The translations under genes and the position numbers were made by a program. A DNA stretch of 64,000 nt, from positions 930 to 64,929 of the IMG/VR virus record IMGVR_UViG_2827231811_000003, one strand, 5' to 3'. Positions 9,173 through 18,704 of the stretch are shown here, piece by piece. Position 1 is the first letter of the stretch. Each line of letters begins with the position of its first letter. The notes beneath the pieces are model-generated. The model did no database searches. It was not told the origin of the DNA and worked only from the letters and a program-made list of their open reading frames with translations. This DNA is from a virus (taxonomy: Duplodnaviria; Caudoviricetes).

Positions 9173-11020
9173 TCAGATGGCGGGGGAGTAGGTGTCGAGC
9201 TGGTGGATGTGCAGCCGGAAGCGGCCGTCGTTGGAATCGCTGACGCGGATGTCGCGCTTGCCGATGTAGATGTAGCCGCCGCGGAGCTCCGGGTTCGGGT
9301 CGACGATGACCTCGGTGCTGTCGCTGCCGACGATGGAGGCTTTGGCGGCGCTCATGCGGACGCCGCGGCTGATGCGTTCGCCGACGGTGTGCGCGGGGAA
9401 CTGGTGCGTGCCGACGACGGTGAGTTCGGTGGCTGAGCGGATGCGGTACAGCGTGCCGAAGCCGTTGAACTCCTCCTGGTAGACGTATCCGATGGACTCG
9501 TCGTTGAGGTTGTCCCCGTCGCGGAAGTCGCCGTCGTGCGGCACGCCGAACGCGAACGACATGCGGGCGTTTGGCGAGATGTTGGTGCCGTCGAAGCTGA
9601 ACGTCCAGACGACCGAGTAGGAGTCGTCCGGACCGTTCCCTGCGATCGGGCACACCTGGCCGGGCAGGATGTACCACGAGTCGGTGGTCGCATCGCCCTG
9701 GAATTCGCGCCACGTGGCGTACAGCCCGAGTTGCAGGTACTCGCCGTCGTCGTTTTTGCCGTAGCCCCGGTAGCGCGGTCCGATCGCCTCGTAGGTGTCC
9801 ACGGCGGTCAGCTGCCCTGGGTTCATGATCGGCGAGTCGAGTTTCCAGGAGATCGCTCCGCCGCTGGTCGGGTCGGGTTTGTAGTCGTAGCCGGTGGTGG
9901 GGCCGTTGTAGTAGATCGGGTCGCCGGACAGTCCGCCGCGTAGGCCGAGCGTGGTGACGCGCTCGTGGTCCGAGTGGTACTTGGATCCCATCATCATGGT
10001 GTGCAGTCCGGCGGCGGTGTGTTCGTCGAACACGGTGTCCGGCTGGGTTTTCCGCACCAGGCTCCACGTGCCGCCGGCGGCCGCGACGTCGGCGGCGGTG
10101 GGCTGCTGAGCCATGTCCGGGTCGGAGTAGCCGCCGAGCGTGATGCCGGTCAGGTTGCTGAACGGCTCGACCAGTTCGAGCTGGCTGGACACGACGATGA
10201 CCGACTGGGCGAGGTTGAACCGGTTGATCACTCGCACCATGTCCTCGTAGTCGGCGCCGTTCTCGGTGTGCAGCACCATGACGATGCGGTTGCCGACGGC
10301 GGCGGCGACGTCGGAGAGGAACGTGCCGCCGTCCTGCGGGGTGGTGGACCAGCCGAAGTAGCCGACGGCCGGGTCAACGCCGGGGGAGGCGTTCAGGCCG
10401 TTCCACGTGTTCAGACCATCGGTGTTCTGCTGGTACTCGCTGGGCATCACGAGCATGTGCTGCCAGTCCCGCGTCGTCAGCTGAGCTGGCGTCACGCCGG
10501 ACAGGGTGCGGAACCTCGGTTTGGCCACGCCCTGCGTGAGCCGGTCGAGCGTGTCGTCCGGACACACCACGACCCGCCCGTCTCGCAGGCTTTTGACCGG
10601 CACATACGTCATGTCCAGCCCGTAGGTCACCGCCTCGCGGTACGAGGAGACGATGGTGTCGGCGGCGATCATGTAGCCGAATCCGTTGATGCCGCCGACG
10701 ACGTTCGTCTCGGGTAGTGAGGCCACGGACGCCCCGTAGGTCGGGGTGGGGGCCGGGTTCCCGTCGCCACCGCCTTCGGGAGCCCAGACCCCACCGTCCG
10801 ATCCCCACTGGATTGCGTTGCCGGCGTCGGCGGAGATCCTGGTGCGCAGCTCGTGCTGCGTTTCGTTCCACGCCAGGCCGTTGCCGAGGATGTCGTCCTG
10901 ACGTGGGTCGAAACGCACCACAGCCGGGTCATTCGCGCTACCCGATCCGCTGGTGGTGACGCCGTATCGGCCCTGAATGTTCGCGGTGGTCACGCCTCCG
11001 CATCCGCACCTGCCGGCCAC
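9173..11020 (-). CDS. Tail/receptor-binding protein with degenerate glycerophosphodiester phosphodiesterase (GDPD)-like domain
   Basis: SLRDGRVVVCPDDTLDRLT resembles GDPD TKDG..VV.HD.TLDRTT; tail-type N-terminus; beta-rich C-terminal domain. Confidence 0.65.
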   Translation of the reverse strand: MAGRCGCGGVTTANIQGRYGVTTSGSGSANDPAVVRFDPRQDDILGNGLAWNETQHELRTRISADAGNAIQWGSDGGVWAPEGGGDGNPAPTPTYGASVASLPETNVVGGINGFGYMIAADTIVSSYREAVTYGLDMTYVPVKSLRDGRVVVCPDDTLDRLTQGVAKPRFRTLSGVTPAQLTTRDWQHMLVMPSEYQQNTDGLNTWNGLNASPGVDPAVGYFGWSTTPQDGGTFLSDVAAAVGNRIVMVLHTENGADYEDMVRVINRFNLAQSVIVVSSQLELVEPFSNLTGITLGGYSDPDMAQQPTAADVAAAGGTWSLVRKTQPDTVFDEHTAAGLHTMMMGSKYHSDHERVTTLGLRGGLSGDPIYYNGPTTGYDYKPDPTSGGAISWKLDSPIMNPGQLTAVDTYEAIGPRYRGYGKNDDGEYLQLGLYATWREFQGDATTDSWYILPGQVCPIAGNGPDDSYSVVWTFSFDGTNISPNARMSFAFGVPHDGDFRDGDNLNDESIGYVYQEEFNGFGTLYRIRSATELTVVGTHQFPAHTVGERISRGVRMSAAKASIVGSDSTEVIVDPNPELRGGYIYIGKRDIRVSDSNDGRFRLHIHQLDTYSPAI

Positions 11021-11024
11021 TGGT

Positions 11025-11255
11025 TCACTCCTTCCTGGCCACAGACGGCGTCACAGCCGCGTTGTCGTTCTGTCCGACGCCACGCCCGGCGAGTGCCTTG
11101 AGCAGGGCTAGCACGGCAGCCCCTCCGCCCACGCCCAGCGCAGCGGTCCAGTCCACGGTCAGCACGTTCATGGCGTCCAGACCGAGCACGCTCAGCGCGC
11201 CCTGCGTGAACGACGACACGACGCGCTCGCCGAGATCCTTGAAGTAGTTGGTCAT
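11025..11255 (-). CDS. Holin (r1t-like)
   Basis: LGERVVSSFTQG..DWTAALGVGGGAAVLALLK; follows the endolysin. Confidence 0.75.
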   Translation of the reverse strand: MTNYFKDLGERVVSSFTQGALSVLGLDAMNVLTVDWTAALGVGGGAAVLALLKALAGRGVGQNDNAAVTPSVARKE

Positions 11256-11268
11256 GCGAGCGCTCCTG

Positions 11269-12225
11269 TCAGTAGTCGCGGCGGAACGAGGCGGTGGCGG
11301 TGTGGTTCTTCGCGCCGCGGCCGGCGAACGAGTACTCGATCAGCACCGACGTCTCACCGGGCTGCGCGTTCAGCCAATCGCCCTGCCACGGGTCTCCCGC
11401 GGGGACGGTCTTGGGGCCGGTCATCTTGAGCGGCCGCTTCTTGCCGTCGCCGGTCATGAAGGCGATCCGGTGGATCGTGAGCTTGGGCGGCGGTGTTCCG
11501 GCGGCTCCCGCGACCTGGATTTGCAGCGAGAGGCCGCGTTCGGGCACGCCGAGCGAGATGGTGCCGTGCGGGGTGGGCTTGAGTTCCATAGCAGCGTCCT
11601 CCAAGAGCGCCAGGGATGAGCGTTTCGGGGCGGCAGAACCGCCGAAGGGTGTGCGGCCGTTGCCGTGCATCGCCTTGCGCACGATGGAGCGGAAGGCGTT
11701 CATGTCGTAGGTGACGCCGTTGCCGCGGCCGGGGTCCCACTTGCCCGTTACCGAGGTTTCGGCGTGGGCCTTGGTGTGGGCGTCGTCCTTGTGGCCCAGG
11801 ACCTCGTTGATGACGGCGCTGAGTGTCGTCGCGGTGTGGTACTGGGCGTCGGTCATGGGCTCGGTGCCGGGGTAGGCGATCTCGTTGCCCAGCACGTACT
11901 TGTTGAACGAGCGCGTGACCGGCAGCGGCCGGGTGTTCCTGCCGCCGGATGCGCCGGCGTGGTTGGCCGGGAACGCGGCGATCACGCCGAGCGTGCCGTC
12001 CGCCCAGGTCGTGAAGTTGCACAACGGTCCCGGCAGGTCCGACCGGCCGTGGATGAGGATCGACAGGTTCGAGTTCGCGAACCCCGTGGCCGTGTGGTGC
12101 ACGATGTCCCCGGTGTAGGCCGGCGACATGCCGTTGCCGCGCCGCTCCCAGCCCGGTTCAAACACGACGCGGAACCCGCGTGCCTTCATGCGGTTCGCGA
12201 TCTCGCGAACCCGTGCCACGCTCAC
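11269..12225 (-). CDS. Endolysin, N-acetylmuramoyl-L-alanine amidase
   Basis: IVHHTA, GRSDLPGPLCN, ANHAG, GNEI, AHAE and KWDPG amidase_2 motifs. Confidence 0.85.
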   Translation of the reverse strand: MSVARVREIANRMKARGFRVVFEPGWERRGNGMSPAYTGDIVHHTATGFANSNLSILIHGRSDLPGPLCNFTTWADGTLGVIAAFPANHAGASGGRNTRPLPVTRSFNKYVLGNEIAYPGTEPMTDAQYHTATTLSAVINEVLGHKDDAHTKAHAETSVTGKWDPGRGNGVTYDMNAFRSIVRKAMHGNGRTPFGGSAAPKRSSLALLEDAAMELKPTPHGTISLGVPERGLSLQIQVAGAAGTPPPKLTIHRIAFMTGDGKKRPLKMTGPKTVPAGDPWQGDWLNAQPGETSVLIEYSFAGRGAKNHTATASFRRDY

Positions 12226-12554
12226 CGTTCTGCCTCCTCAGGTGTGGCGGCGATGCTGTGCTCGCCGTGGTCGCTGGGCACCGACAGCGGGTTGCCGGCG
12301 GCTTCCTGCTCCGGGTCGAAGTCGGTGCGCAGGTACACCGCCACCGGGTCGCGGTCGATCGAGCCGTGGACAAGCAGCTCGTCGCCGCGCTCCTCGACCC
12401 ACGTGTCAACCTCGGCCGCGTTGGTCTCTTCGTCGTCGTCCTCGGTGGTGATGACGGACAGGTGCGCCCGCACGTCCGCGCGGACCTCCTCGAGGAGGCT
12501 CGGATCGGCGGTGACGTCCGTGCGGGGCACTGCTCGGGAAAACCGTGTGCTCAT
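12222..12554 (-). CDS. Hypothetical protein
   Basis: AGGAGG SD; coupled to the endolysin. Confidence 0.55.
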   Translation of the reverse strand: MSTRFSRAVPRTDVTADPSLLEEVRADVRAHLSVITTEDDDEETNAAEVDTWVEERGDELLVHGSIDRDPVAVYLRTDFDPEQEAAGNPLSVPSDHGEHSIAATPEEAER

Positions 12555-12565
12555 CTCCTCGCCTC

Positions 12566-12781
12566 CTACGCCGCGACAACCGTCGTGGAACCCGTGCTGT
12601 CGTTGATCGCCACGAGCCGCCCGGAGTTGTCGGTAGCGAGGCGCCAGCCGGGGATCGACACGTTGCTGCCGCCGGTCGTGGTGAGTGCCTGGTGCAGATA
12701 CGCCGTCGTCCGCGCAGCAGCGCGGGCCTGCTCACGCGCAGGTCGCAGGCTGGCGGATGGTCCTCGGAACTTCATGCGCAC
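12566..12781 (-). CDS. Small hypothetical (tail-associated) protein
   Basis: AGGAG SD; in tail operon. Confidence 0.5.
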   Translation of the reverse strand: MRMKFRGPSASLRPAREQARAAARTTAYLHQALTTTGGSNVSIPGWRLATDNSGRLVAINDSTGSTTVVAA

Positions 12782-12785
12782 GCTC

Positions 12786-14000
12786 CTATTCGGTGTCGGA
12801 CAACGGAGAGCCCTCGTTGGCGAGGGAGACCTGCACGGACTCGTTCATGCGGTCGCTGGACACGTCAGCGGTGACCTCGACCTCGTTGATGACGAACCGC
12901 TGGGTGACGGGGGTGCAGTACGAACGGAGCGCGACGGTGACCGGATAGCCGGGCACCAGCTCGTCGATGGTCACGTTCGCGTCGGGGGACAGCTGCGCGT
13001 TGTTCGGCACGATGATGTCGACCGGCGGCGGGTTGCCGTACGACGCCATGAGCCGGGCCAACGACCGGGCGGCCTCGTTGGTCGTGGCCGTCTGCGACGA
13101 CGAGGAGCGGAAGATCGCCCCGTAGAACGGGTCGACCGGGTCGACCGGCGTCCACCCCTGACCGGGCACCCAGTACGGCCACACACCCACCGGGGTGGGC
13201 TGGCTCGCCGGGGGCTGTGTGCCGTTGTCCTGAACCTCGTTCTGCGGCTGGGAGCCGACGACGACGCCGAGCGTGGCCGCGTCCAGGCCGGCCTCGCGCA
13301 CCACGAGGTCGGCGAGGAAGTCGTCTTCGGTCAGCCGCAGCGGTTTCCACGTGCGCGTCGTGGCCGTGGGGTAGAAGCAGCAGTAGCGGCCGATGGTGAA
13401 CATGGCCAGACCTGCGTCGATGATGCTGCGCACGGCCTCGCCGAGGTTCTTCTGCCCGATCTGCAACGCCTGGAACGTCGTCCGTACGCCTGACTCGCCG
13501 GGGATGATCAGGTACGGCAGGAGGTTCGGGTCGAGCCGGTCGTCGTTGATGTCCGTGCCTCGCACGCCGAGCGCGCCGGCGATGACGTCGCCGACGATGA
13601 CCGCGCTGTCGGCCGGCCCCCATGCTCCGGGGTTTTCCCGCGTGCGTTCGGTCCAGTTGTACGGCTCGAGCGTGACCCGCCGATCGAACCAGCCGAGCAT
13701 GTCGCGCGCCTCGAACGTGAAGCCGCTGCGGGTCTCCTCCTTGTTAACGATCGGGCCTTGCCAGACGAACTGGTCGTTGCGGTAGATGCTGAGTTCGTGG
13801 CCCCACGTGTGCACGTGGCCCAGGCGGGAGCACACGTCGCTGGACGCCTCGGACTTGGCCACCGTGATCGACGCTTCGGAGTAGTCGTCGAGCTTGCGAC
13901 CCCAGGAGATGTTCGTCGCGCCGTTGACGTGGGTGAACACGCGGTCGCCGCCCTGCATGTGAATGACGGCCTGGTAGCTGTCTGCGATTCCGAGAACCAT
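12786..14000 (-). CDS. Minor tail protein (hub/Tal-like)
   Basis: ISWGRKLDDYSEASITV and FVWQGPI motifs; TGATG coupling at 14000. Confidence 0.75.
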   Translation of the reverse strand: MVLGIADSYQAVIHMQGGDRVFTHVNGATNISWGRKLDDYSEASITVAKSEASSDVCSRLGHVHTWGHELSIYRNDQFVWQGPIVNKEETRSGFTFEARDMLGWFDRRVTLEPYNWTERTRENPGAWGPADSAVIVGDVIAGALGVRGTDINDDRLDPNLLPYLIIPGESGVRTTFQALQIGQKNLGEAVRSIIDAGLAMFTIGRYCCFYPTATTRTWKPLRLTEDDFLADLVVREAGLDAATLGVVVGSQPQNEVQDNGTQPPASQPTPVGVWPYWVPGQGWTPVDPVDPFYGAIFRSSSSQTATTNEAARSLARLMASYGNPPPVDIIVPNNAQLSPDANVTIDELVPGYPVTVALRSYCTPVTQRFVINEVEVTADVSSDRMNESVQVSLANEGSPLSDTE

Positions 14001-15358
14001 CAGCACGCGTCCTGTCGTTCGGCGAGCGAGATGGTCAGGTCGAGCCCTTGGGAGACGCCGTAGCGGCCGTCGATGACCATTTCGAGGTACATGCCGGTGG
14101 AGCATTCGAGCGTCGGCCAGGTGTAGACCCCGCCGTTTTGGCCGAACAGGATCGGCTCAGCGGTGCGGCTTCCGGCGCAGTCGACGGTGGCGACCTGGCG
14201 GCGCGAGTCCACGTAGAGCGTCGCGTACGGCGGCAGGTAGGCAATCCACAGTTCGGCGCACACGCCGCACGGGTTCAAGTTGTCGGGGTGGGGTGGTAGT
14301 TCGGCCGGGTTCGAGTGCCAGCGCAGCATCAGCGACCGCATCTGACGGTCGCCGTTGGCGATCTCGAAGACCGGCGCCTTCTCCAGCCACGAGTCCGTCC
14401 TGCCCGCGGGGATGCGGTACAGCGTGCGCCACGCGTTGGGGTAGAAATCGCCCTTGTAGCAGGGGTCCTTCGGCGGCCGCGGCACGATCGGCGTGTCCAG
14501 CGGCGGGCAGTCGTAGTTCGCGTCCGGCGGCGGGGTCAGACACGAGTTGTCCTGCTCGACGCGCTCGCAGTCGGCGTAGATCTGCTGGGAGTCCCAGTTC
14601 AACGCGACGGCGGTCCAGTGGTCGTCGAGGTCGGTGTTCGACAGCGCCCACAGCACGGTCGGCCGGTGGTACCAGTACGGCACGCCAGCCTTGATGGTCC
14701 AGGTGACCTCCGCCGTCACCCCGCCCTGAATGCGGGTCATCGAGGCGATCTCGGGGCCTTCGAGGAGGCGGCAGCGGAACAGGGTGCGCTCCAGCTCGTC
14801 GCCCCGCGCTGCCGCGTCGAAGTCGACGGGCGCCGCGCGGGAGTACAGCGCTGTCGTGCACGGCTCCGACGGGGTCGCAGCCGGCGGCACCGGGGGCGCG
14901 GCGTAGACAACGAGCTGGTCGGCCTCGCCGGCGTCGTTGCACAGGTCGCCGCGCAGGGCGGACGCGAGCCACCCGAGCCCGTACGCCAGTGCGGCGCGGT
15001 CGGCGGCCACCAGGGTGGCGGTGAAGCCGACTTCGCGGGCGCCGCGGCGGATCGGCCCCGGCCGGGCGCCGTCGCTGAGCAGGTCCGTCCACGACGACGA
15101 ACCGGTGCCGCCGGCCCCGTCGATCGCGGAACCGACGACGCCGAGGAACTGCTTCGAGTCGGGGTTGAAGGCGTCGTACCAGGGAGCGTCGTCCTGGTCG
15201 GGGGAGCTGTAGGGCGCGTGGCCGAGCGATTCGGCCATCCACGGCCCGCCGGTGCAGTTGACGTTGATCCCGTAGGCGCGCGCATAGGCTGCGGCACGGG
15301 CGGAGTTGACGATCTCCATCCCGGAGTAACAGGCGAAACCTTCCCAGGCCACGGTCAT
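14000..15358 (-). CDS. Minor tail protein (distal-tail-like)
   Basis: Directly follows the tape measure; EIVNSARAAAY..PWYD motif. Confidence 0.7.
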   Translation of the reverse strand: MTVAWEGFACYSGMEIVNSARAAAYARAYGINVNCTGGPWMAESLGHAPYSSPDQDDAPWYDAFNPDSKQFLGVVGSAIDGAGGTGSSSWTDLLSDGARPGPIRRGAREVGFTATLVAADRAALAYGLGWLASALRGDLCNDAGEADQLVVYAAPPVPPAATPSEPCTTALYSRAAPVDFDAAARGDELERTLFRCRLLEGPEIASMTRIQGGVTAEVTWTIKAGVPYWYHRPTVLWALSNTDLDDHWTAVALNWDSQQIYADCERVEQDNSCLTPPPDANYDCPPLDTPIVPRPPKDPCYKGDFYPNAWRTLYRIPAGRTDSWLEKAPVFEIANGDRQMRSLMLRWHSNPAELPPHPDNLNPCGVCAELWIAYLPPYATLYVDSRRQVATVDCAGSRTAEPILFGQNGGVYTWPTLECSTGMYLEMVIDGRYGVSQGLDLTISLAERQDAC

Positions 15359-15364
15359 ACCTCC

Positions 15365-18013
15365 CTATGCCTGCGCGAGCGCGGTGACGCGGTGGTGGAT
15401 ACGGGCAGCGGCGATCTCCGGGTCCTGAGCGGCGCTCTGCATCGTGATCGGAGCGTTCACGGTGACCTGGCGTTGCATCGATCTGGTGATCTGGCTGTTC
15501 CTGGTCAGCGCGTGCACAGTGCGTTCGGCGTGCGCCATTTCCGGGGTGCGGCGGCCGCCGACCTGGCCGGCGGCGAGCAGGGCCGGCGACGGCACCGCGG
15601 GAACGTCCGCCGACACCGCCCCGGCAACCTTGCGGACGGCGCGCCGAACCTGCGGCACCCCGCGGGACATGCCCTTGGCGATGTTGCGGGAGATTGCCGC
15701 GCCCGAGTTCTCCGGCGCCCCACCACCAGAGAGCGGCCCCTCCTTGGCAGGGGAGAACGGCAGGAAGTCGCGGATCTTCCCGGCGACGTTGCCGATCGCG
15801 TCGCCGATGCTGCCGATCATCGACTTGATGCCGTCGATCAGCCCGCTGATGATGTTCTTCCCCGCCTGGAGCAGCCACGTGCCGGCGCCCGAGAAGAAGC
15901 CCATGATCTTGCCGGGCAGGCCGCGGATGAACCCGAGAACCGCGGAAATGCCGCGCTGCACGCCGCCCTTGATGCCGTTCCACGCGGTCGTCACGACCGA
16001 CTTCAACCCGTTCCAGGCAGAGGTCCAGACGCCCTTGATGGTGCTGAGCGCCCCGGAGATGACGCCGCGGATCGCGCTAAGCGCGCCCGTCACCACGCCC
16101 TTGATCGCGTTCCAGATGCCCGACGCGACGGTCTTGATGCCGTTCCACGCGGCGGTCCAGTTGCCGGTGATCACGCCGAGGACGGTCGAGATGATGCCGC
16201 GGATCACGGTCAGGGCGCCCTTCACGACGCTCTTGATCGCGTTCCATGCGCCGGAGATGACACCCTTGATGGCGGTCATCGCGCCGCGGATCACCGACAT
16301 CGCCGAGTTGAACGAGGCGCGGATAGCGGCGCCGATCACGGCAAGGACCCTGCGGATCACGCCGCCGATCCGGCTGTTCCAAAGGTTCGACCACCAGGCG
16401 GCGAGCTGGTTCCACCGCGCGGTGATCCAGTTCGCGACGGCGGTGAAGATGGGCAGCACGGTGGTCTGAAACCACGTCACGACCGCCGAGACGGCGCCCT
16501 TGATGCCGTTCCACAGGCCGATCCAGAACTCTCGGAACGCGGCGGACCGGTTCCACAAGGTGATGAACGCGGTGACGAGCAGGCCGATCGCGGTGATGAC
16601 CAGGCCGATGGGGTTGGCGCGCAGGATCGCGCCGAACGCCTTGAACGCCACCCCGGCGACCCGGATCGCCTTACCCATGGCCAGGACGCCCTTGCCGAGT
16701 TTGGCGAACATGCCGATCGCCCGGCCGACGCCGGATGTCATCGTGCCGAGCGCCCACGTGACCGGGCCGATCGCGGCGACGAGCGCGCCGATCGCGGTGA
16801 CGACCTTCATCGTCGTCGGCGACGCCTCGTTGAGCTTCGAGATCAGGCCGGTCAGGCCGGACACCATCGACGTCATGAAGTCGAGCAGCCCGGACTGCCC
16901 GATCGAGATCATCAGGCCCTCGAACGCAGACTTGAGCTGCTTCATGGACCCGTTGAAGCCCTCCATCTGCTTGCCCGCGATCTTCTCCGCGGTTCCGCCG
17001 GAGTTGTTGAGCTCCTTCGTCAGGTCCTTCAACGCGCTCGAACCCTGTCCGACCAGGGCGGACATGGCTGGGCCGGCTTCCTGGCCGAAGATCGTCATCA
17101 TGTCGGCGGTGGAGGCGCCGGACTTTTCGAGCTGGCCGACGATGCTGGTCAGGCTCTTGAGGTTGCCGCTCGAGTCGACGGCGGACACGCCGAGCTTCTT
17201 GAGAGTCTTCTGCGCCTGCGCGCTGGGGTTGAGCAGCATCGCGATCGAGCTGCGCAGCGCGGTGCCGGCCTCCGAGCCCTGGATACCGGCGTTACCGAGG
17301 AGACCGATCGCCGAGGAGACCTCGTTGAACTCCAGGCCAGCGCTCGAGGCGACGGGGGCGACCATCTTGAACGACTCGCCCAGCATCCGCATGTCGGTGT
17401 TCGTGCTGGTGAACGTCTTGGCCAGCGCGTCGTTGACCTTGCCCAGGTCAGCGGCTTGCATCCCGTAGCCGGACAGGACGTTCGAGGCGATGTCGGCCGC
17501 GTCCGCGAGGTTCAGCCCACCGGCCGCTGCGAGGTTCATCGTGTCCGGCAGGGCCTTCATGGTCTCGGAGGTGTCGAAACCGGCCATGCTCAGATACGTC
17601 ATGGCGTCGGCGGCTTCGCTCGCCGAGAACTGCGTGGTCGACCCCATCTGCTTGGCGAGGTCTTCCATCTTGGCCAGCTCGCCGCCGGTGGCGCCGGAGA
17701 TCGCGCTCACCTTGTTCATCGACGCCTGGAAGTCGCCGGACATCTTGAGTGCGGTGGCGCCGACGCCGGCCAGCGGCAGCGTCACCGACTTCGTCAGGGT
17801 CTGGCCCACTGCCTGCATCCGGCCGCCGGCGGATTGCAGCGAGTCGGACATGCCTTGCGACAGTGAGCGACCGGCCTGTTGCCCGGTCTCGGCCGCGGCG
17901 GACTGGGCCGCGTTGCCCGCCTGAGACATGGCGGAGCGGACTTCGCTGGAGACGTTGGATCCGTCAACGGTCAGCTCGACGACGGCCTGCGCGACGGCGC
18001 CTCCGGACGGCAT
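15365..18013 (-). CDS. Tape measure protein (TP901 family)
   Basis: FQASMNKVSAISGAT, TQFSASEAADAM and GIQGSEAGTALRS motifs; Trp-spaced helical repeats. Confidence 0.95.
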   Translation of the reverse strand: MPSGGAVAQAVVELTVDGSNVSSEVRSAMSQAGNAAQSAAAETGQQAGRSLSQGMSDSLQSAGGRMQAVGQTLTKSVTLPLAGVGATALKMSGDFQASMNKVSAISGATGGELAKMEDLAKQMGSTTQFSASEAADAMTYLSMAGFDTSETMKALPDTMNLAAAGGLNLADAADIASNVLSGYGMQAADLGKVNDALAKTFTSTNTDMRMLGESFKMVAPVASSAGLEFNEVSSAIGLLGNAGIQGSEAGTALRSSIAMLLNPSAQAQKTLKKLGVSAVDSSGNLKSLTSIVGQLEKSGASTADMMTIFGQEAGPAMSALVGQGSSALKDLTKELNNSGGTAEKIAGKQMEGFNGSMKQLKSAFEGLMISIGQSGLLDFMTSMVSGLTGLISKLNEASPTTMKVVTAIGALVAAIGPVTWALGTMTSGVGRAIGMFAKLGKGVLAMGKAIRVAGVAFKAFGAILRANPIGLVITAIGLLVTAFITLWNRSAAFREFWIGLWNGIKGAVSAVVTWFQTTVLPIFTAVANWITARWNQLAAWWSNLWNSRIGGVIRRVLAVIGAAIRASFNSAMSVIRGAMTAIKGVISGAWNAIKSVVKGALTVIRGIISTVLGVITGNWTAAWNGIKTVASGIWNAIKGVVTGALSAIRGVISGALSTIKGVWTSAWNGLKSVVTTAWNGIKGGVQRGISAVLGFIRGLPGKIMGFFSGAGTWLLQAGKNIISGLIDGIKSMIGSIGDAIGNVAGKIRDFLPFSPAKEGPLSGGGAPENSGAAISRNIAKGMSRGVPQVRRAVRKVAGAVSADVPAVPSPALLAAGQVGGRRTPEMAHAERTVHALTRNSQITRSMQRQVTVNAPITMQSAAQDPEIAAARIHHRVTALAQA

Positions 18014-18044
18014 CGGACCAACCCCTACGTACGAGTGGGGCGTC

Positions 18045-18062
18045 CGGCCACGATTTCGCCAG
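18045..18062 (-). promoter_or_regulatory. Late-gene motif CTGGCGAAATCGTGGCCG upstream of tape measure
   Basis: Exact 18-mer ending 32 nt before the start. Confidence 0.7.
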
Positions 18063-18113
18063 GCAACGCGCTGAGCTTGCAGTCAGGATAACGGTGTGGG
18101 TCTGGGGTGCAGG

Positions 18114-18704
18114 TCAGCCGCGCCCGATTTGCGCCATGGCCTGCATGAACGAGTTCGCTTCGACCTCGTCCGACCACGACGCCGGCGCGGGATCGCGGGG
18201 TTTGCCGGACATGGTTCGCGGCGGTGGCGGACCCCAGATTTCGTGATCCAGCCTGCCCAGTTCCGTGTCCTTGGTGCACAGGGAACGTCGCCAGTAGTAC
18301 GCCGCCGACAGCAGTCGGCCGATCGGCTGGGCGAGCGGGTCAACGCCGCGGGTGTAGGACCAGCCGTCGAAGATCATCCAGTTGCCGTACACCGACCCGG
18401 CGAGGCGTGTGGCGGCGTACAGGTCCATGCCGCACAGATCGCCCAGCACGGTCTCGGCGACGTTCTCCAGGTCGTCGAGGTCGAACGGGTCGTCCGGGTC
18501 ACGCAGGCGCAGCCACAGCCGCTCGGGGCCGTCGCCGTCGAGCTGAGTGGGAATGAGGTGCCACCAGCACCCCGGCGGGTCGAGGACGAGTGCGTCGAGG
18601 ATCGTGCGCGTGTCCAGCTCCGGCAGGGTGTAGGTGTCGTCGTCGACGGCGAACGTGATCGGCAGCTGCGCAGGTGGACCCAGCCGTCGGTCAGCTGCGC
18701 GCAC
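18114..18704 (-). CDS. Tail assembly chaperone-like protein
   Basis: Just upstream of TMP; RLRDPDDPFDLDDL motif; own AGGAG SD. Confidence 0.65.
   Translation of the reverse strand: MRAADRRLGPPAQLPITFAVDDDTYTLPELDTRTILDALVLDPPGCWWHLIPTQLDGDGPERLWLRLRDPDDPFDLDDLENVAETVLGDLCGMDLYAATRLAGSVYGNWMIFDGWSYTRGVDPLAQPIGRLLSAAYYWRRSLCTKDTELGRLDHEIWGPPPPRTMSGKPRDPAPASWSDEVEANSFMQAMAQIGRG

Noticed and set aside
9173-11020. Active glycerophosphodiesterase
   Set aside because: Catalytic His and ExD residues are absent
14315-17866. 1183 aa + strand ORF and many other long Arg/Gly/Pro-rich ORFs in the track
   Set aside because: Shadow ORFs antisense to or out of frame with real genes (here the tape measure and tail); typical of high-GC DNA; no motifs or SD
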